64,000 nucleotides of DNA from an uncultured Paludibacter sp. (GTDB taxonomy: Bacteria; Bacteroidota; Bacteroidia; Bacteroidales; Paludibacteraceae), in NCBI GenBank assembly GCA_964541615.1, contig CAZIRA010000001.1, positions 2,095-66,094 on the forward strand. Direction: 5' to 3'. Made by a program: the position numbers and the translations under genes. Each line of letters starts with the position of its first letter. The first letter of the stretch is position 1. The notes under the pieces were generated by a model. It was not told the origin of the DNA and made no database searches. It worked only from the letters and a program-made list of their open reading frames with translations. Below are positions 55,590-64,000 of the stretch, in pieces.

Positions 55590-58500
55590 ATGATTCACTT
55601 CTTTCAATCTCCCGATCAGCATATTTACGCTGTACAAACCACATTAAAATTCGATTCTGAAACAACTAACAAGTTAATCTGGCTTTTTGGTGAATCCAAA
55701 CCTCTTGACACCGAAACCGTAAGCGGAAATTTCATTGGCCCTCGCCGTGAAATGATTACTCCCTGGAGCACAAACGCAGTTGGTATTACCCAAAATATGG
55801 GTATAAGTGGGATTTTGAGGATTGAAGAATTTTTTCCTTCCGACAAAACCGCATCACATGACCCAATGCTTCAGAGAGTTTACACGGAACTTACGCAGGA
55901 TATATTCAATATCGACAAAATGCCTGAAACAATCCGTTCGATTGACGATATTGCTGCTTACAACGAGCAGGAAGGACTGGCATTGAGTGAAGATGAAATT
56001 GAATACCTGAACGGAATTGCTGAGAAAATAGGAAGAAAACTGACTGATAGTGAAGTGTTTGGTTTTTCTCAAGTAAATTCGGAACACTGCCGCCACAAAA
56101 TTTTTAACGGACAATTTGTGATTGACGGCGAGGAAAAGGAGATGACGCTTTTCCAACTGATCAAGCAAACTTCTAAAGACAATCCAAACGACTTAGTTTC
56201 GGCATACAAAGACAACGTTGCTTTCATCCAGGGGCCTGTGATAGAACAATTTGCACCAAAATCTGAAAGCAAACCCGATTTTTTTGAAACAAAAAAAATT
56301 GAAACAGTACTTTCGCTGAAAGCTGAAACACACAACTTTCCCACTACCGTTGAGCCTTTTAACGGCGCAGCCACCGGAACCGGCGGTGAAATCCGCGACC
56401 GTCTCGGCGGTGGAAAAGCGAGCCTTCCATTGGCCGGAACAGCGGTATACATGACAAGCTATCCAAGAAATAATCCGAAAAATGCCAACACACCACTCAA
56501 AGAGAGAAAATGGCTGTACCAAACTCCGGAACAAATTCTTATAAAAGCATCAAACGGAGCTTCTGATTTTGGAAATAAATTCGGTCAACCGCTTATTTGT
56601 GGTTCGCTTCTCACCTTTGAGCACCAGGAAAACGAAAAAATTTACGGCTACGATAAAGTTATCATGCTGGCCGGCGGTGTAGGGATGGCAAACAAACGCG
56701 ATGCCATAAAAGGAACGCCTGAAGTGGGCGAAAAAGTGGTGGTGATGGGTGGCGACAACTACCGGATTGGAATGGGTGGAGGAGCCGTTTCTTCCGTTGA
56801 AACCGGAGAATATGACAATGCTATTGAGCTAAATGCCGTGCAGCGCTCCAACCCGGAAATGCAAAAAAGTGTGGCAAATGTAATCCGCGCATTGGCTGAA
56901 AGCGATGAAAATCCAATCGTATCCATTCACGATCACGGTGCCGGCGGTCACCTGAATTGCTTGTCGGAATTAGTTGAAACAACCGGCGGCATTATCGAAG
57001 TTGACAAATTGCCTGTCGGTGACCCTACCCTCAGTGCCAAAGAAATAATAGGCAACGAAAGTCAGGAACGCATGGGGCTTTTAGTCAAAGAAAAAGACCT
57101 CGATCGACTGAAAATCATTGCAGAAAGAGAACGAGCTCCAATGTATGTGGTGGGTGAAACTACTGGCGACATGCAGTTTGTTTTCAAAACAAAAAAAGAT
57201 GAAAAACCTATCGATTTATTGCTTGAATACATGATCGGCAAACCGCCGAGAACCGTGATGAACGATAAAAGCATCGAGGAAAAATTCTCACCGGTTGAAA
57301 TCAGCGAGGAAAAAATGCTCAACTACCTGCAAAATGTCCTTCGCATGGAAGCTGTGGCTTGCAAAGACTGGCTGACAAATAAAGTAGACCGTTCTGTTAC
57401 GGGAAAAGTTGCCCGCCAACAGACCATCGGCGAAATCCAGCTTCCATTAAGCAATCTTGGAGCCATGGCGCTTGACTACCGTGGAAAATCAGGAATTGCT
57501 ACCTCCATCGGTCATGCGCCACAAGTTGCCTTGATTGATCCTGAGGCAGGCTCAGTAATGGCTGTTGCAGAAGCATTGACCAATATTGTTTGGGCTCCGC
57601 TAAAAAATGGTTTAGACAGCGTTTCGCTTTCAGCCAACTGGATGTGGCCAAGCAAAAATTCTGGTGAGGATGCCCGTCTTTACCGTGCAGTAGAAGCTTG
57701 CAGTGATTTCGTCAGCACACTCGGAATTAATATCCCTACGGGAAAAGACAGCCTTTCCATGACGCAGAAATATCCTGATGGAACAAAAGTCTTTGCTCCG
57801 GGAACTGTGATTATCTCTGCAGGAGCAGAAGTTTCTGATATTAAAAAAATTGTCAGTCCATTACTGATTAATGATTCTGATTCACAGATTTATTACATCG
57901 ATTTCTCATTTGACAGCCACAAACTGGGCGGATCTGTCCTGGCTCAAACGATGAACAAATTAGGTGCAGAAGCGCCTACTGTAAAGGATGCCGAGTATTT
58001 CAAAGCTGCATTTGACACCATTCAGGAATTGATAAGCAAGAGTTTGATTATGGCAGGTCACGACATTTCGGCAGGAGGTATGATTACTACGCTTCTTGAA
58101 ATGTGTTTTGCAAATAATTCGGGCGGATTGAATGTGAATCTGGATATTCTTGCAGAAACTTCCCTGGTAAATTTACTATTTGCTGAGAATCCGGGTGTTA
58201 TTATTCAGGTGAAAGACAAAAATTCTGTTGAGAAAATATTGAAATCCAATGGAATCGGATTTGCGAAAATCGGACATCCGATTGCTGAAAGAAGACTTGA
58301 AATTCATAAGAAAAAAGCTGCATATTCGTTCTCAATCAACGAAATGCGTGACGTTTGGTATGAATCTTCCTATCTTTTGGATAAAAAACAAAGTGGTGAA
58401 ACGAAAGCTTTGGATCGTTTTAAAAACTACAAAAAACAACCGCTCGAATTTGAATTTCCAAAAAACTTTACCGGAAAATTGTCGCAGTTTGGACTTTCTC

Positions 58501-59273
58501 CGGAAAGAAATCCAAGCGGAGTAAAAGCAGCTATCATCCGCGAAAAAGGTACTAACGGCGAGCGTGAAATGGCCTATTCACTCTATCTGGCTGGTTTCGA
58601 CGTGAAAGATGTGCATATGACCGACCTTGCCAACGGACGTGAAACTTTGGAAGACATCAATTTTATCGTATTCTGCGGTGGATTCTCAAATTCAGATGTT
58701 CTAGGTTCAGCAAAAGGCTGGGCTGGCGGATTCCTGTATAACGACAAAGCAAAAGCAGCTCTCGAAAATTTCTACAAACGCAACGACACCCTGAGTTTGG
58801 GAATTTGCAACGGTTGCCAGCTGATGGTGGAATTGAATCTGATCAATCCTGAACACGAGAAACGTTCACGCATGCTTCACAACGAAAGCCACAAATTCGA
58901 AAGTAATTTCATATCGTTGAATATCCCGGAGAATAATTCAGTTATGTTCAAGAGTCTTTCCGGAAGTAAACTTGGGATCTGGGTAGCCCACGGAGAAGGA
59001 AATTTTTCTCTTCCTATGGGTGAAAACGCTTACAACATCGTAGCTAAATACAACTACGATTCCTATCCTGCCAATCCGAACGGTTCTGATTATTCTGTAG
59101 CCGGAATCTGCTCAAATGATGGCCGTCACTTAGCAATGATGCCTCACCTGGAACGTGCTATTTTCCCATGGCAGTGTGCACATTACCCTGCTGACCGTGT
59201 TAATTCAGACGAAATCACACCTTGGGTAGAAGCATTTGTGAATGCCAGAAAGTGGGTTGAAGAAAATATGTAA
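55590..59273 (+). CDS. purL: phosphoribosylformylglycinamidine synthase (single-chain large PurL)
   Basis: 1227 aa. FGAM synthetase domains plus a C-terminal glutaminase with the Cys nucleophile (LGICNGCQLM) and an HGEG motif. Confidence 0.97.
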   Translation: MIHFFQSPDQHIYAVQTTLKFDSETTNKLIWLFGESKPLDTETVSGNFIGPRREMITPWSTNAVGITQNMGISGILRIEEFFPSDKTASHDPMLQRVYTELTQDIFNIDKMPETIRSIDDIAAYNEQEGLALSEDEIEYLNGIAEKIGRKLTDSEVFGFSQVNSEHCRHKIFNGQFVIDGEEKEMTLFQLIKQTSKDNPNDLVSAYKDNVAFIQGPVIEQFAPKSESKPDFFETKKIETVLSLKAETHNFPTTVEPFNGAATGTGGEIRDRLGGGKASLPLAGTAVYMTSYPRNNPKNANTPLKERKWLYQTPEQILIKASNGASDFGNKFGQPLICGSLLTFEHQENEKIYGYDKVIMLAGGVGMANKRDAIKGTPEVGEKVVVMGGDNYRIGMGGGAVSSVETGEYDNAIELNAVQRSNPEMQKSVANVIRALAESDENPIVSIHDHGAGGHLNCLSELVETTGGIIEVDKLPVGDPTLSAKEIIGNESQERMGLLVKEKDLDRLKIIAERERAPMYVVGETTGDMQFVFKTKKDEKPIDLLLEYMIGKPPRTVMNDKSIEEKFSPVEISEEKMLNYLQNVLRMEAVACKDWLTNKVDRSVTGKVARQQTIGEIQLPLSNLGAMALDYRGKSGIATSIGHAPQVALIDPEAGSVMAVAEALTNIVWAPLKNGLDSVSLSANWMWPSKNSGEDARLYRAVEACSDFVSTLGINIPTGKDSLSMTQKYPDGTKVFAPGTVIISAGAEVSDIKKIVSPLLINDSDSQIYYIDFSFDSHKLGGSVLAQTMNKLGAEAPTVKDAEYFKAAFDTIQELISKSLIMAGHDISAGGMITTLLEMCFANNSGGLNVNLDILAETSLVNLLFAENPGVIIQVKDKNSVEKILKSNGIGFAKIGHPIAERRLEIHKKKAAYSFSINEMRDVWYESSYLLDKKQSGETKALDRFKNYKKQPLEFEFPKNFTGKLSQFGLSPERNPSGVKAAIIREKGTNGEREMAYSLYLAGFDVKDVHMTDLANGRETLEDINFIVFCGGFSNSDVLGSAKGWAGGFLYNDKAKAALENFYKRNDTLSLGICNGCQLMVELNLINPEHEKRSRMLHNESHKFESNFISLNIPENNSVMFKSLSGSKLGIWVAHGEGNFSLPMGENAYNIVAKYNYDSYPANPNGSDYSVAGICSNDGRHLAMMPHLERAIFPWQCAHYPADRVNSDEITPWVEAFVNARKWVEENM

Positions 59274-59287
59274 TCATTCAAAAAAAA

Positions 59288-60199
59288 ATGAAAAAAAAAT
59301 CCCTCAAGAAATTTGCCTATCTCTCCATCGCGGCAGCAGTGATTACGATAGCGCTTAAATTTTCGGCGTATCTATACACTGGGTCGATGGGATTGTTGTC
59401 AGATGCACTGGAATCTTGCGTAAACTTGATTGCGGCCATCGTGGCGCTTATCATGATTCACATCGCCGAAAAACCGGCTGATGAAGGCCATGAATTCGGT
59501 CATACGAAGGCTGAGTACTTTTCCAGTGCGATAGAAGGCGGACTGATTATGGTGGCAGCATTCAGCATTATCTGGTCGGCTGTTCCCAGGCTTTTTGCAC
59601 CACAACCAATTGAAAATGTAGGGCTTGGTCTGGCAATTTCGGTAAGTGCTTCGATTGTGAATTTAGGTGTAGCGATTGTTTTGTTGAAAAACGCAAAAAC
59701 ACACCACTCTCTCCTACTCGAAGCTGACGGAAAGCACCTGATGACAGATGTTTGGACTTCGGCCGGAGTAATTATTGCAGTGCTTTTGGTAAACCTTACA
59801 GGATTGCTTATTCTCGACCCGATAATTGCTGTTTTGGTGGCATTAAATATTATTTGGACAGGATTTTCACTACTCAAACGCTCAGCAAACGGTCTTATGG
59901 ATGCATCAATTTCGGAAGGAGAATTGAAAATGGTGACCAATTATCTGGATGGAGTCAGTAGTGATGAATTTGAATACCATTCATTGATGTCGCGTCAGGC
60001 CGGACAGCGTAAATTCATCTCGCTTCATCTTCTTGTGCCGGGTGCTTGGAGCGTACAAAAAGGACACGATTTTGCTGAACATATCGAAGAAACCATTGAG
60101 GATATGTTTACTGAACCGGTTACGGTATCTACACACATTGAGCCGATTGAAGATCCGGCATCGATGAAAGACATCGGGATAGACCGAAAAAAGCATTGA
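59288..60199 (+). CDS. cation diffusion facilitator family transporter
   Basis: 303 aa with six TM segments, CDF motifs (SDALESCVNLIA, HLMTDVWTS) and a cytoplasmic C-terminal domain. Confidence 0.9.
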   Translation: MKKKSLKKFAYLSIAAAVITIALKFSAYLYTGSMGLLSDALESCVNLIAAIVALIMIHIAEKPADEGHEFGHTKAEYFSSAIEGGLIMVAAFSIIWSAVPRLFAPQPIENVGLGLAISVSASIVNLGVAIVLLKNAKTHHSLLLEADGKHLMTDVWTSAGVIIAVLLVNLTGLLILDPIIAVLVALNIIWTGFSLLKRSANGLMDASISEGELKMVTNYLDGVSSDEFEYHSLMSRQAGQRKFISLHLLVPGAWSVQKGHDFAEHIEETIEDMFTEPVTVSTHIEPIEDPASMKDIGIDRKKH

Positions 60200-60282
60200 T
60201 TTTCAATGACAAACCTTGCCAATTTCTTTGATCTTTATTACTTTTGAGTTTTATTACATTTGATTTTAAAAATTGTCCGTTT

Positions 60283-62109
60283 ATGTTAAGAAACCATCCC
60301 AGTGGAGTTTATGTAGCGTTTGCCACAAATGTGGGTGAGCGGTTTGGTTTCTACATAATGATGGCTATTTTATCTCTTTTCCTTCAGGCAAAATTCGGAT
60401 TATCAGTTGCTGAAACTGGCGATTATTACAGCTGGTTTTATTTCGGAATCTATGCTACAGCTCTTTTAGGAGGCATTGTGGCTGACTGGATGAGAAAATA
60501 CAAGTCTGTGATTTTCATCGGACAGATAATGATGATTGCCGGATACGTGCTAATGGCACTTCCATTTATGTCCTTTTATGGATCAATGATCGCACTTTTG
60601 ATTATTGCACTGGGAAATGGAATGTTCAAAGGAAACCTGCAAGTGGTCGTAGGGCAGCTTTACGATGATGAACGTTATTCGAAGCTTCGTGATTCGGCAT
60701 TCCTGTTTTTTTATATGGGTATCAATATCGGGGCTTTTTTTGCCCCTTTCATTGCTTCAGGATTACGTAACTGGTGGCTGATTCAGCATGGTTTCCTCTA
60801 CGATGGAAGTTTAGCTGCGCTTTGTCATCAATACCTCAACAATTCACTCACAGACATTAATCAATTCCAGGCACTTATCCAAAAAGTAAGCTTGCAGGGA
60901 CAATCTGCACTTTCATTGACAGAATTCTCTGTCAGTTACATCAAAGTCTTTACACAAGGGTATCACCTGGCTTTTGGACTGGCTGCTCTGGCAATGGTTT
61001 TCTCGCTGATAGTTTATATAATTTTTAATAAAACTCTACCCGATAAACCAGCCGGGCAAGCGGCTAAACAGCTTTTCGAATCTTTTCAGGTGAAGCAGCC
61101 ACTTAAGCAGCGCAAAGTAAAGATTGCGGCAGTCACACTGGTGATAATTACAATTTTGGTATTTCAGTTGATCCCGGGACTTGATGTGAGTGGAAAATTG
61201 GGATTAAGCTTCGCTGTAGGACTTTTCATGGCTTTCATTGCTTTTATATTCATGATGGCAGCAGACGATGAACGGCCAAGGGTAATTTCGCTGATATCGC
61301 TTTATGTGGTGGTGATTTTCTTTTGGATGTCGTTCAATCAAAACGGACTGGCACTTACGCAGTTTGCGGTTGAATATACAGCAAAAGAGGTGAGTCCATT
61401 TACCTTCATATTCTTCGATCTGAAGTCGATTCTGTGTGTAATTTTGGCCATTGTTGGTGTAGTTTTGATGTTATACAGCAAATCCACACTTCGTTACCGA
61501 TTTATTGGCGGAGTTGTAACTACCTTATTTCTGACTATCTGCATCTATTTTATGAGAGAATCTTCGGAAATGAATACGATCTCTCCAGAAGTTTTCCAAT
61601 CTTTCAATCCTCTCTTTGTTTTATTGGTGATGCCTCCCATCATCTGGCTCTTTAATTTCCTTGACAACAAAGGATTTGAACCATCCGCTCCTCGAAAAAT
61701 TGCAATCGGACTTATCATCGCAGGGTTGGCATTCGTAATTCTGATAGTCGGTTCAGAAAATCTTCTTTCACCCAACGAACTGCAAGGTTCACTGGTTCCT
61801 GAAAGCTCTCGCGTATCGCCTTACTGGCTTATGAGCACCTATTTTGTCCTCACGGTAGCAGAGATATTTTTGAGCCCGATGGGAGCCTCTTTCATCTCCA
61901 AAATAGCCCCGAAACGATTTATGGGACTGATGCAGGGCGGTTGGCTGTTTACTACTGCTGTAGGCAGTAAATTCGTGGTGGTGGGCAGTTTCTTGTGGGA
62001 CAAAGTTGAGTTATCAGTATTATGGGGGATTTTTGCTGCCGCATGTATAGCTTCTGCCGTTATCGTTTTTCTTAATGTCAAGAAACTCGAAAAATCCACA
62101 CATGAATAA
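60283..62109 (+). CDS. POT/PTR2 family peptide:H+ symporter (MFS)
   Basis: ExxERFxYY-type motif (GERFGFYIMMAIL) and a polytopic profile. I prefer ATG 60283 (MLRNHPSG) to the track's TTG 60244. Confidence 0.85.
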   Translation: MLRNHPSGVYVAFATNVGERFGFYIMMAILSLFLQAKFGLSVAETGDYYSWFYFGIYATALLGGIVADWMRKYKSVIFIGQIMMIAGYVLMALPFMSFYGSMIALLIIALGNGMFKGNLQVVVGQLYDDERYSKLRDSAFLFFYMGINIGAFFAPFIASGLRNWWLIQHGFLYDGSLAALCHQYLNNSLTDINQFQALIQKVSLQGQSALSLTEFSVSYIKVFTQGYHLAFGLAALAMVFSLIVYIIFNKTLPDKPAGQAAKQLFESFQVKQPLKQRKVKIAAVTLVIITILVFQLIPGLDVSGKLGLSFAVGLFMAFIAFIFMMAADDERPRVISLISLYVVVIFFWMSFNQNGLALTQFAVEYTAKEVSPFTFIFFDLKSILCVILAIVGVVLMLYSKSTLRYRFIGGVVTTLFLTICIYFMRESSEMNTISPEVFQSFNPLFVLLVMPPIIWLFNFLDNKGFEPSAPRKIAIGLIIAGLAFVILIVGSENLLSPNELQGSLVPESSRVSPYWLMSTYFVLTVAEIFLSPMGASFISKIAPKRFMGLMQGGWLFTTAVGSKFVVVGSFLWDKVELSVLWGIFAAACIASAVIVFLNVKKLEKSTHE

Positions 62110-62167
62110 CCAGGCGTAACAAGTTTGTTGAATACCGCTTTTTCGAAAGTATTTATTTTGGCAGAAA

Positions 62168-62208
62168 GAAAAAAAGCTTTGGGCAAATATATGCTCAAAG
62201 CTTTTTTC
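62168..62208. terminator. bidirectional terminator (POT transporter / GH2 gene)
   Basis: AAAGCTTTGGGC-AAATATAT-GCTCAAAGCTTT flanked by an A-run and a T-run. Confidence 0.8.
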
Positions 62209-62226
62209 TACTTTTTTATTTATCCG

Positions 62227-64000
<1,774 letters not shown>

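Overview
This is a Bacteroidota-type chromosomal segment. The evidence is a SusC/SusD pair, TAnnTTTG -7 promoter boxes, many lipobox lipoproteins and no Shine-Dalgarno signals. I call about 49 protein genes, two of them cut by the window edges, plus one tRNA-Arg(UCU). Most of the content is housekeeping or central metabolism: pnp, fabI, rmuC, trxB, icd, tdh, thrA, glmM, aroC, purL and an EF-G paralog. Envelope and foraging genes sit between them: a Wza/Wzc pair, a minimal SusC/SusD locus, two Ser-type sulfatases, a GH109-like oxidoreductase, a GH2 beta-galactosidase, an nrfHA nitrite-ammonification operon with a ResB/CcsB-like gene, and a GNAT gene translationally coupled to an OvoA-type sulfoxide synthase. 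I found no CRISPR array, integrase, transposase, toxin-antitoxin pair or recognisable defence island. I cannot honestly claim a clear new multi-gene system. The observations most worth follow-up are: (1) a dispersed 110-150 bp inverted-repeat, REP/MITE-like element family, with three clear copies and one degenerate copy, that sits exactly at gene junctions and contributes codons to two genes; (2) the overlapping GNAT-ovoA pair, divergent from nrfHA; (3) a perfect 18-bp alternating purine-pyrimidine palindrome upstream of susC; (4) a 33-bp tandem array in front of an MFS transporter; (5) an EF-G paralog whose catalytic His and G4 Lys are replaced. All product calls rest on motifs I recognised by eye. 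No database search was run.
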